Part shown: positions 25,341 through 36,628 of the stretch, one piece after another
Position numbering within the stretch: the first letter of the stretch is position 1
Layout of the letters: each line of letters starts with the position of its first letter
Assembly: GCF_001447785.1 (NCBI RefSeq)
Contig: NW_015174272.1
Location: forward strand, 2,075,071 to 2,139,070
DNA from: Gekko japonicus
Lineage: Eukaryota
Direction: 5' to 3'
DNA: 64,000 bases
Made by a program: the position numbers and the translations under genes
Notes under the pieces: model-generated
The model's input: only the letters and a program-made list of their open reading frames with translations
The model's database searches: none
What the model was told of the DNA's origin: nothing

Positions 25341-25849
25341 ATATTTTCTACCAGTTCCCTAATAATTATCTCAAACTCTTCTCCACCCACCCACCCACAG
25401 CTCCTTCCTGTCCTCCTTCCTCACAGGCCCCTTTATCAGAAACCCCACCACTCAGCTTATGCCTTCCTTCTTATGGCACCTATTTTTAGATGCTCAACTC
25501 CAGGGACCTGTCTTTTGTGGCCCAAGCGCCACACACACAGCTGGCGGCCAAAAAGAAACAATAACAGGCCCATCGGTACTCCACCAAGGCGTTCAGGGTG
25601 GTGGGCGTGTTCTCCCTCCTCCCACCCACCACTGCTCCCAATTTAGCTTCAGAATCACCCTTCAAGGCCGCCGACTAGAACACAGTGCCCACTCCCCCAT
25701 CATGCCCATACTCTGGCCGGAGCAAGCTCCGGGAAAACAGGCGGAGATGTAAAATGACCAGGGATGGGGGGGAGCTCTCCATGTAAAAAGCACTATTTTA
25801 CACACAGGCAAAGGACCAGCCTCCAAACAACCAGACGGTATTCACTTAT

Positions 25850-26700
25850 ACTCCGGTCCCTTTAAATTTACCAGCCCATCTCCCCAACCGGATCTTTCCT
25901 TCCCTAGCCGTCACTCGCTCCCGTAATCCAACCGGTCTAGAACAAATAGGTGCAACTGAACGCGTGCCCGTCCCGTCGCATTTCAGACTGTAAGACCCTC
26001 GGGGCAGAGACCCGCTTTGTGGTCGCTGTAAGCGTCCCTCGCTATGCAGCCTTAACGGTACCCCAGAAGTGAACGAACGACACTCGCCGCCGCTGCCACC
26101 TCGGTCTTCGCTCACACCAGCTCCCCCCGGCCTGCGTGCAGGATGACCCCTCAAGCCTAGCAGCGCCCCTTCGTCCTCCACTCGCCGCTGCCGCCACCAG
26201 CCCAGCCCCCCCCCCGGCCCCTCCCAGCAAGCACAATCAGCCCCCCTTCAGCCTCGTCCCCTGGAAAACCATCCCTGAGACCAACTAAATTCGCATCCTC
26301 CCCTCCCCGGTCATCGCATACCTCCTTCAAGGCCCGGCGCGAAAGAGGCCACTTTCTGCCAACCCCGGTCCTTATTATTCCCGATCGCCGCCACAGGAAA
26401 CGCGCCAGCTTCAACCCGGATGCGAGAATCCGCCAGAACAGAGCGGGCTCACAAGGAAACCTACGCGAAGAGCCGCTCTAGCCGCAAGTCCAGCCCTCCT
26501 CCTCGGGCTTCGCTCCCTCCTCTGACAGACAAAGGAGACCCCGGAGTGCCGGAAGGTCTGCGCCTGAGCAGGGCTGGCCCTTAGTGGTGGGTGTGGTGGG
26601 GGGTTAAGGCGGGGCTTGCTGATGGACGGGAGCGCAACGCTAGGTTTAGGAGGTTGTTGGACTGAGGTTTATTAACTGGCCGATCCCGATGCGCGTTTTA
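25850..26700. promoter_or_regulatory. CpG island / divergent promoter region between RNF41 (-) and NABP2 (+)
   Basis: Sharp rise in CpG and GC; GC box GGCGGGGC near 26608; ETS-type CCGGAAG near 26550; the two genes point away from it. Confidence 0.85.
26116..26430 (-). other. RNF41: Putative RNF41 first (non-coding) exon
   Basis: Lies in the CpG island, G-rich on the minus strand, ends at donor GGT|gtgagc (26115); resembles mammalian RNF41 exon 1 as recalled; TSS approximate. Confidence 0.65.
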
Positions 26701-27969
26701 CTCAGAAGTAAGTCCCATTAAGTTCCCCTAGGACTTACTCTCGTGCAACTAGGTATAGGATTGCATCCTTAGACGCTTGGAGTTGCAGTCCCTGGAGTTC
26801 ACTGGGGCTTGATTCTGAGTACCTCATCCTTAGGAAGTTCGTGCGGTGTTCTAGCTGTGTCTTGGACTCTGAATGTCCCCTGAATGTACAAGTAATGGAT
26901 AAATAATGTGTAAAACAGTAATGCGTATTGCTTCCTTTCTAGAAAAGGAGATGTCAAGGCTCATGACTGTCTGGAAACAATTCCCTCTTAACTGGAAGCC
27001 CTTTCCCCCAAATAAGACGAGGGAGATGTATTCTGCACCCGCTAAAGGGTGCTTCCATCTGTTCTTATTTTGTATTGCGCCAGGATTGAATCCTGCCACT
27101 GAAAACTGATACTGGGTCTGAGCTCTGGCACAAATTCAGCAATGAGCCACTCTGAGCCAGTTTGATGCAATTTGATACTAGCGGTGTACACTGGAACTTT
27201 ACCATTTTTTGACATGGCAGCCAGCCTTTGGATGTGAATACTCTGATACCTCGGTCATTATTTGAGTCTAACTCTCTTGCTGCAGTCAGGAAAAATGTTT
27301 GACATGTTAGTTGACAACAGAAATAGAGGAGAAAGCTGAAAACTGTTTGAGATAGGCCTTTACCCCCCCCCCCCACATACACCCCTTTTGTAGGTACATA
27401 CAATGTCTATGTAAGTGTGTATATATAAGTAGGTAATGTGTTTGTGATGCTTTTGTTGTATTAAATACTGTTTTGTTACAAATTGCATGTTAGCTGTGCT
27501 TCACATGCATTTTTTGTTATGTAATATGGGTAGCTCTCCAGTCAACAAATGTTGGAGCATTCTTTCAAGCAACACGTGTTGAAGCATGCATAACAGGCCA
27601 GAGTGTGGGGCTTTGTGCTTCTTTTTGGCAAAGGTGGCCTGTAGTCAGGGCTGAGGCCAATGCTGAACTAGTATTACCTCCCCATGTTTCTGACCATATC
27701 GTGCTTTCTCCTTTGCCACAATTTGTACACAAAGAGCAGCACATATACTGACAGAAAACAAAACTGGACCTTTGACCTGACAGTTGCAGTCCTTGTGGCC
27801 CAAATAATTCAAGTTTTCCAACATTCCATATGCCACAGTAGAAACTGGTTTTTCCAGATGCTGTACTGTAATCTCTGTTTCAAGTTTCTATGCAAGCCCC
27901 GTGCACTCTCCTGTATGGACAAAAATACATGACCTTTATCCTATTTTGTATGTCCCTTGTATGTCCCAC

Positions 27970-28243
27970 TAGTGGTTAAGTGTAGTGGTTAAGTGCACGG
28001 ACTCTAATCTGGGAGAACCGGGTTTGATTCCCCACTCCACTTGCACCTTCTGGATGACCTTGGGCAAGCCATAGTTCTGATAAGAGCTGTCCTTGAAAAA
28101 GAGTAGTTTCTGTTAGAGCTCTCTCAGCCCCACCTACCTCACAGGGTGTCTGTTGTGGGGAGGGAAAGGGAAAGGAGTTTGTAAGCCGCTCTGAGACTTC
28201 TTTGGGTGGTGAAGGGCGGGGTATAAATCCAATCTCTTCTTCT
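27970..28243 (+). mobile_element. Squam3-type tRNA-derived SINE
   Basis: Highly similar to 24686-24975; 5' end carries duplicated TAGTGGTTAAGTG. Confidence 0.88.
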
Positions 28244-28929
28244 AAAATTTTTTTTAAACTTACCTAAAGGAAAGGAACGTTAAATGTATCTTACATCTAC
28301 CTCATTGTTTCATGCAGTGCCATATACCACTCTGTATACTTCCCAGATTACCAGTCCATCAAATTGTCTAGATGCTGAGAATACAAATCCTTCTTTTCTG
28401 CCTTATGATGGGGAAACAGCCACTGAGGCGCTAAAACTTGGGCAGTTTAAAAGGCACCTAGTACAAGTAGCTGGATAGACACACACTCCATATTGGGAAA
28501 TGCCCTGAAAATTATGCAAGAGGCCAGTCCTCCCTCAAATTTATCTCAAGCTTTGCTATGCATTTTATTAGGGACAGTGGTTAATCCAGCCCTGAGTGCA
28601 ATTAATTTCATATGGGGATCATCCATTTAAACCAATATGTAGAGCCCAGCCTCCCAGGTATCAAATTGGGAAGTCTAGTATCTGGATTAAGGCAGCTATG
28701 CCACTTCGTTGGACAAAGGGACTGTTGCCCTTCTCTTTGCTGTGCTGCAGTGCCACCATTGCAGATGGCCAACTGTTGATATTGCAGCATTCCACAATTA
28801 AGGATATGTCTGCCCATCAGTCTCCAATTTTGACATAGTTATTTCCTTCACTGTGTCCCCACTCCCAGAATTAAATCCAAACAAATGATAACCACATAAA
28901 CTAAGCTTGTTATTCCTGTTTGGTCCTTG

Positions 28930-29100
28930 AATCTGTTAAACATCTTCATTATGATGTATTCTAATCTACTGCTCACCCTCTACCTATATGTATGGACTGG
29001 TAATTTCCGTTTCATTGTATCTGAAGAAGTATGCAGGCACATGAAAGCTTATACCTTGAGTAAAACTTTGTTGGTCTTAAAGGTGCCACTGGACTGTGTT
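28930..29100 (+). mobile_element. Penelope-like terminal repeat fragment with a hammerhead ribozyme core
   Basis: GTAT-CTGAAGA-stem-GAAA-GCTT-ATAC followed by AAACTTTGTTGGTCTTAAAGGTGCCACTGGACT. Confidence 0.7.
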
Positions 29101-30769
29101 CTGTTGATATTGTAGCTACTAGTTCAGGGCAGATCAAGTGGCATCATGGACCAATAGGGTTCTGTAAAATTGCTGGCTCTAACCTGGTTTTCCTGACTGA
29201 ACTGCAGAACTGATTGGCCTCCAACTGAGAGTCCTGATCATATGAAGATGACACCCACATTTATAGTACTTGTATCATGAGTACCAAATATAAAATAAGA
29301 TTTGTTGCCCCCCTCCATCCACCGGCCTCACAAGTCAGGGTTTAGGCTGCATTTCTCAAAATATCAAACCTCTGTTATTGTGGAAGAGCTTCTGTTACTG
29401 GAAATAGTGTGAAAATTAATTTCTTAATAATAGAGGATTAGGAAGAGTGAAACCACGCACAATTCTTGTATCTTACCATGGTGAACTGTGCAAATTGAAG
29501 TACATTCTTAAATGAAAAAAGTGACTGAACAAACGGAAGAAAAGAAAGGATACAGGGCTAAACCTAAAATCGGGGAGGTGATATATCCAGCTCAAGAGGC
29601 TGCATGAGGAATATTTCCTTTACTACAGTATTCTATACAAGGAATTGTATGACTATGAGCTGTACTTTTTTATTCTAATGTATTGATTCTAAATCACATT
29701 TATTTATTTATTTAGTCCTTTGTCAATAAATCAAACTGGGAAGGCATTCAGAGAGCCAATGTGGTGTAGCAGTTTTGCATTAAGACTAGGGAGACCCGAG
29801 TTTAGACCTTCACTCACCTATAAAGCTCTCTGACAATGCAATTCTATGCAGAGTTACTCCATTCTCTTGTAATGTAATAGATCTAGATCAGGGGTCAGCA
29901 ATCTTTTACAATTAAAAAAAAACAAATGACGACAAAATTCAGAGCAAGAGGACATTGTATAAGAAAGCCAATTTTCATTTGACTATGGGCCACCCATTGG
30001 GGAGAAAGGCAAGATATAAATATAGTAAATAAATAAATAGTTAAAAAAATTAAAAAGCTTAACATTACTTCTAATTGACATTGATTGACATCCACAAAGT
30101 TTTCACTGAATACTGGTTGTTATGAGTCCTTTACTAGCAAGGGGCACACACGAGATCTCACAATGCTTAATAAATATACACAGGATCACCCTGTGAAATC
30201 GTTTTAGTGTACTGGCATAAATCTGCATTTGGTTCACACTTGGGTTACTAGCAGCTATTCAGCTCTATTGTTTTCCTTTCTGTAAAATATCTCTAAAAAG
30301 CTCTTTAGTCCCATTAACATCTTTTCCAGCCATTCCCTTCACCTACTTATAGTTCTATAATCCCACCTACCCCTCCAATATACCTTAATGAAACATTTAC
30401 TTTTCTTTTTAGAAGAGCTATATTTAGTTTCATACTGAGACACATTTGTCTCTGGAGCCATAGGTCAGGGATCCCTGAGGTAGACTTACTCACGGTTAAT
30501 AGACTAACTTTTGGAAACTTTATGGCAAGAAGTGAAGTGTGATTTGGCTGTACAAATACTGCAAATGCTGCTAGCAAATCAATCTTTTGAATGGCTGTTC
30601 AGTCATTATTTCTGTTTGAGTATTGATATAAACTTCGTCCAAGTCTTCGAAACATAATGTGCAATGCAAAATCGATGGAAATTCTTAGGAGTAGAGTGTC
30701 AGATCACAGTACCCTCTGGGGGCAAATTTAACGTGTACCAGTAGGTGTTACTGTCACTTTAATACTCTA

Positions 30770-30946
30770 TCCGCTTGCAATTGGCGGAAAGATTGGAACA
30801 TTCCTGCATGTTGGAGGACAGCGTTGTGCCGCGATTGGCTGCTCTGAACGCAGCAGGACACTTCCTGGAATGTCAGCAACCCACCGACGTTCTGCCAGGT
30901 CTCCTCACTGGAAAAGTGGTGGTGGGTGGGGGCTATTTTTTATCAC
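30770..30946 (+). promoter_or_regulatory. NABP2: Candidate NABP2 proximal promoter and non-coding exon
   Basis: Local CpG cluster; three inverted CCAAT boxes (ATTGG at 30780, 30792, 30834); ETS-like CACTTCCTG; donor CAC|gtaagt at 30947. Confidence 0.55.
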
Positions 30947-31799
30947 GTAAGTGATTAATAGCTTCAGAATTTTTGGTAAGGGAGATGTGGGATTTCAGTA
31001 ATCTCTTTGGTGTTTTGTGCCTTGAAAGAAAGGGCTGCGTGAATGCTGTAGGATAGGCAGAATCCATGTTCTTCAAGAGGAACGCTGCTCACCAGCACGT
31101 TCACTAAGTTGTTCCATTGTAGTTTTAAGATCTCTCTTTTTTCCTTGTGTTCTAAAATCACGGTGGAGGGATTTGCTTTAGCATTAGCAAATCAACCTTT
31201 GCTTCACCCAGAAGGGAAGCATGCACCACCAAACATTTGCCAGAGGTACACTTTGTTTGTGCTGGTGTGAATGGTGGTGGAAGATTGTATAAAAACAAGG
31301 AAAGATGTCTTTTTTCTTCTTCTTACAGTGGCATGTGATCAGCACTGCAGTTTGAGCAAGGATGCTTTTGCTTGTTCTTTTTAAACCAGCTTTATACTAG
31401 TGATAAAGAGAGACTTTGCATACTGTGCTGAAAAAACAGGTAACTGTTGATAGAACGATAAATGGTTTATATGTATATTGAATAAGTGATCTGCTTAATC
31501 TGGAGAGTACATACACACTACTACAGCTAATTTATTCACAATCTGATTTGCTAGACAGTAGTACAAATAAGTGTCTGCTTATTCAATGAATGGTTTGATA
31601 CATACTGGTCTAGTCTATGTTCATGTGGAAACAGAGCTAGTAAAAGATTGTGATCTTATATGTCCTAAGATTTCAATCAGTTGGGCCTGTTATTATATTG
31701 GTGCTAATGTTTTGTGTTGGCTTTGTGTGGGTTTTTTTAGATTAATCTTGGAATGTCAGAGTGAGCTTTTCTTTTCTTTTTTTGCACCGACCATAGATA

Positions 31800-32710
31800 A
31801 CTGTGGAGGATCTATTGCAATTATCTATGCTCTTTTGCTTAAAAATATTGAGGTATCTTTTAGTTACCATAATAACTGGAATAGAGATTTGCAGATAAAC
31901 ATCAGACCAGAGGAGTGGAAATGGTTATTGAATACTGCTTTGCCTAGACTTATGTCCACAAGATTTGAAGGAGAATTTGTTTCAGTGACATCTTAATTCA
32001 CATAGGCTGGCTATTATATACAGGAATGTAAAAGATTGTTGTTGGAGATGTGGATAATTTGGTCCTAGTTTTGTTTGTATCTTTTGGAGTGGTGCAAAAA
32101 TACAGAATTTTGGGGATTTCTAATCCATTAATGATAAATTTTAGCTTATCTCATAGCCAATGCTCCCTCTAAGCTGTGGAGTCTTGTGAGCAAAAATTCT
32201 ACTTCGTGAGCTACTGGCATTAAAGTTGTGAGCGAGCGATTTGGCTACTGCATAAATTAGTTTGCTCTGGAGCCATCCTTCCTGAGATAAGACAAAAATG
32301 TGTGAGCCAGAGGCTAAAAAACTGTGAGCTAGCTCACATTAACTCAGCTTAGAGGGAACACTGGTCATAGCCAAAAGTTGTATTATTTGGTTATATTAAA
32401 GATTATGTTGTTTTATCCGATTTGGAATCTGTTTTAACCCTTCTTGTGGATACTAAAATAATCCTTATTGACAGATGGGAAAAGCAGATCCTCCAGCTCC
32501 AAGAAACTGGGCAAGCTAATCAAGATGTGTAATTTATATTATTACAATTTAGTGAGCTGGCAAATTTTATTTGTACTCTGCTTGTCTCACAGAATTATAA
32601 ATCAGGATATTCGTTATAGCCCATGTGTCTCACTGAATCAATGTTATGTATTCAGAGATCTGTATTTCGTATACATCTGTGTTTCTAAATAAAGTTATTT
32701 TTAAAATATA
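31800..32710 (+). mobile_element. Old L1-clade LINE 3' fragment
   Basis: WNRDL..EEW and CWRCG..FW..KIQNFW zinc-knuckle remnant at ~32040-32112; AATAAA/A-rich end. Confidence 0.6.
32158..32363. mobile_element. Non-autonomous hAT (Tip100-like) MITE
   Basis: TIRs CAATGCTCCCTCTAAGCTG / CAGCTTAGAGGGAACACTG; 8-bp TSD CTCATAGC/GTCATAGC. Confidence 0.85.
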
Positions 32711-33814
32711 TAAATATAAATAACATCTCCAGGAAAATATGTAATTTGCTTTTCTGTTTGAGGAGTAAATCTAAAAAGGTGACTGGGGTCAAATAATGTA
32801 GCATTAATATTTTTCTAGCTCCAAAGTACCATAAAGAAGAAATCCAAAATATGAGATTGGAAGTGAGCAAACTGTCATTTTTATTTTATTTTTTTTAGTT
32901 AGGACAATGGAGAGCAAAGTTGAGATATTAACTGGTATATTATAGTTGTGATTTCTAAATGCTTTGTAAGCAGAGACTGCTGCAGGAATATCTGAAATGT
33001 TCCAAATGTGTGGTAGAACATAATGGTGTCTTCTGGTTAGACTTGGGGTAGACATCATAATGTTGGTCCTTGTGGGAAGGCCACGAACACCATTTTCATA
33101 TACTGATCCATATGGTAAACAGATTCTAATAGTTACAGCCTCCATATGACATTTCTGCTGTGTGGAAGTGTTTTCAGCAGCTTCCACTCTGGATGGGGAA
33201 GGGCATGTTAAGAGTAGTTCAAACAAGTATCTACCTAGGACATGGGTGATCACTTCACAGCATGGTGTGCATCTGGCACAGGCAAAGAGGTTTGTGACAT
33301 GCCTGAGGAGAAGTTCTGTAATTCTGTGGTATAAAACGTCAGACTTGTACTCCTGCATATCTCCCTAGTAATATGACCTGCTTGATTCTTGGAATATTAG
33401 ACAAGGTATGAAACTACACCATGTTTGTGGGGGTACAATGTACAATAGAGTACTGCTATTTGGTCATGACATGTGGAACTCTTGCCAGGTTACCAATCCC
33501 TGCTTCAGACTATATCTTCTTGAGTAGAGATCTGAGCAACTACACAGTATTTGGATTTCATATGCTTAGAAACTGAAGAGTCATGTTGACCAGAACTTAG
33601 TCTCTTTGACTTCTTTCTTGCATTATTGATATGCAAAGTAGACACATTTCAAGTTTAGCATCACTTCCAAAAATACGCTATAGTCCTACATAAGTTTTGG
33701 AGCGAAAGAAATTTCCCTTCAGTGAGAATGGGAGGAGTCTAAATTGCACTGGGTTGATAAAGTAACGTGATGCAAGTTATATACAATAGGTTTTTAATGT
33801 TCTGCTATTGGAGG

Positions 33815-34232
33815 CCAGGAACTGGAAGCCAGAGGAGAATGGAGTGGGTACAGAGGAGAGTGACAAGGCTGAGGGACTTGGGAATGTTTAGTCTGGAGAA
33901 GAGGAGGTTGAGGGGGGACATGATTGCTCTCTTTAAGTATTTGAAGGGCTGTCACCTAAAGGATGGCGGGGGAGCTGTTCCTGTTGGCAGCAGGGGATAG
34001 GACTCACAATAATGGGTTTAAATTAAGGGTGGGGGAAAAAACTTTTTATGGTTATGTTCAACAGTGGAATCAGCTGCCTAGGGAGGTGGTGAGCTCCCCC
34101 TCACTGGCAGTCTTTTAAGCAGCGGCAAGACAAACATTTGTCAGGGATGCTCTAGGCTGATCCTGCATTGAGCAGGGGGTTGGACTAGATGGCTTGTATG
34201 GCCCCTTCCAACTTTGTGTTTCTATGATTCTA
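33815..34232 (+). mobile_element. CR1 3' end
   Basis: [27 protein letters not shown]; tail TTCCAAC..TTCTATGATTCTA. Confidence 0.9.
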
Positions 34233-34284
34233 TACTCAGTAGAATTTTTCATAAATGTAGACCATGAAACAGTACTTTCAGTAG

Positions 34285-34515
<231 letters not shown>

Positions 34516-36009
34516 TGATTTTTTTAAAAAGCTTGTTATAGTTATCTTGGTTTTTTAAATCTTGTACAGAATAGAAGGGAGGCAAATTCATTTATGTTTC
34601 ATAAAAATGTGAGAAAGATTTTGGAAGATTTCCCAGCAGATCTCCAGTATGTTTTTTATTAGTAAACAGCAGCCTGGGGTGTGTGTGTGTATGTGATTAG
34701 GATTACAGTATGGAGGGGAAGGTTCTTAGTAATGTAAAATACTTATATGCCACTTTTCTCCTGAATTAGAGGCCTAAAAGTGACTTACAAACTTTAAAAC
34801 CACAGTATAATGACCCAGAAGCCAAATCCATGAAGAAATCAACTACTCACACCCCTGTTATTGTAAAATTCAAACTGGCACCCAGTCCCTTCTTGATATC
34901 CCTTTGATCTCAAAAGATTGGTTTGACAGTTGCAAAAAAGCTCTAGAACCAGCAATGGGAGGGGCAATACTACACCCCTACCTAAAAACAAAATGCCTAC
35001 TGAGCCAAAGATTAATACAACAGTTGCATGGGAGCACATGGCACTTTGGGACGTGGTGGCAATTTAAAACCCTGGGTAGGTAGATGACAGAAGCCTTACC
35101 CCTAGCAGCTGGTCCAGTCATCACTTCCAGGCTGTGGCTGCTAGAGATGAAAAGGTCTGGGGCCAGTGGCAAGTCCTGGTGTAGATTCCCCCCCCACCCT
35201 AAAGTGGAGTAACTAGAATTATGCAGATGAACTGAAGAGGTGGTAGTCTGCAAACTAAGGCAGTAAACATCTTCTCCTTTCCCAGTCCCAGGTTGTTGTT
35301 GTTCCAATCCCAGGTAGCAGGTCTTTATATCATCTCTAGGCAAGGGGTGGAGTTAAAGCCCAGCAGGTGGAATTAAATGAGCCAGCAGTCCAGAGGCCAA
35401 GGTAGTCAGCAGCTTGTGCTGTTTTCTCAGACCTCAAATGGCATCTTGGAGTAGCTTAGCTATTTTTTCCATTGGGGGAAATAGATAGGCAGGCAGTATG
35501 TTTCCTCCGGCAAGGCAAAGGGAGTCATTGGGACTTGAGAAAATGACATTGGGAAGAAAGGGTTAAAAACTTGTAGGCCTAATCTAAATTGGGATGACTT
35601 CCCCCACACACTGCTATTTAGAAATGTTGGATGCATTCCTGGATGTTCCAGTATGTTTGTCCCTTCTGCATACCTGGGTAGTGTGATACAATGTTATCTA
35701 TTTTAGGTAATGATGGTTGTGTATAGACTTCCTTCTGTTTACCGTCAAAATAGTGAGGATATTGCAGGAGTACTAATGAGATGTCTGAAATAGTTACATA
35801 CTGATAAATAAGACTCTGTGAATTGGGTAAGCAGAGTAATGTCCCATCATGCTGAGTGTATAGTCCTACACACAGAATTCTATTTTCAGCATAGTAGTAA
35901 ATTCTGTTGATTCAGAAGAAAGGTTATCCTATCCTGACCACTGGGTATTGCCAGTTAGCATTTATGTCAGAATATTCACACCTCATTTGTTAATGAACAT
36001 TGCACTTCA

Positions 36010-36190
36010 ATATATGAAGCTGCCTTATACTGAACTAATGGCAGTATTATCAACTCCGATTGGTAGCGGCTCTCTAAGGTCCCAAGCAGATGTCTTTTGT
36101 ATCACCCTTTTAACTGGAGATGACAGACATGGAACCTGGAATCTTCTGGCTATAAAGCAGATGCTCTTCCACTAAGCCACAGCCAGTCCC
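36010..36190 (-). mobile_element. tRNA-derived SINE (old)
   Basis: Reverse strand TGGCTTAGTGGAAGAGCATCTGCT..CAGGTTCCATG; similar to 60920-61090. Confidence 0.55.
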
Positions 36191-36394
36191 CTCCACTTCT
36201 ACCTTCTATACTTGTTACTGTTTTGTACTGAGACTTGTTGTTGTGAGGCAATACATTTTAAGAGCACACTTTCTTCTCCATTTTTCTGTTTGTTTCTGGG
36301 GTAGAGTGCAGTGATGCTTCTAACAGCTTCCATGGGCTTGGGGCTGGGATAGAACTTTTGTTGTTTCAGCATAAAAACAGCAATATCCTCTTAA

Positions 36395-36628
<234 letters not shown>

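Noticed and set aside
32804-33358. 184-aa minus-strand ORF
   Set aside because: No recognisable motifs or splice support; consistent with a chance intronic ORF
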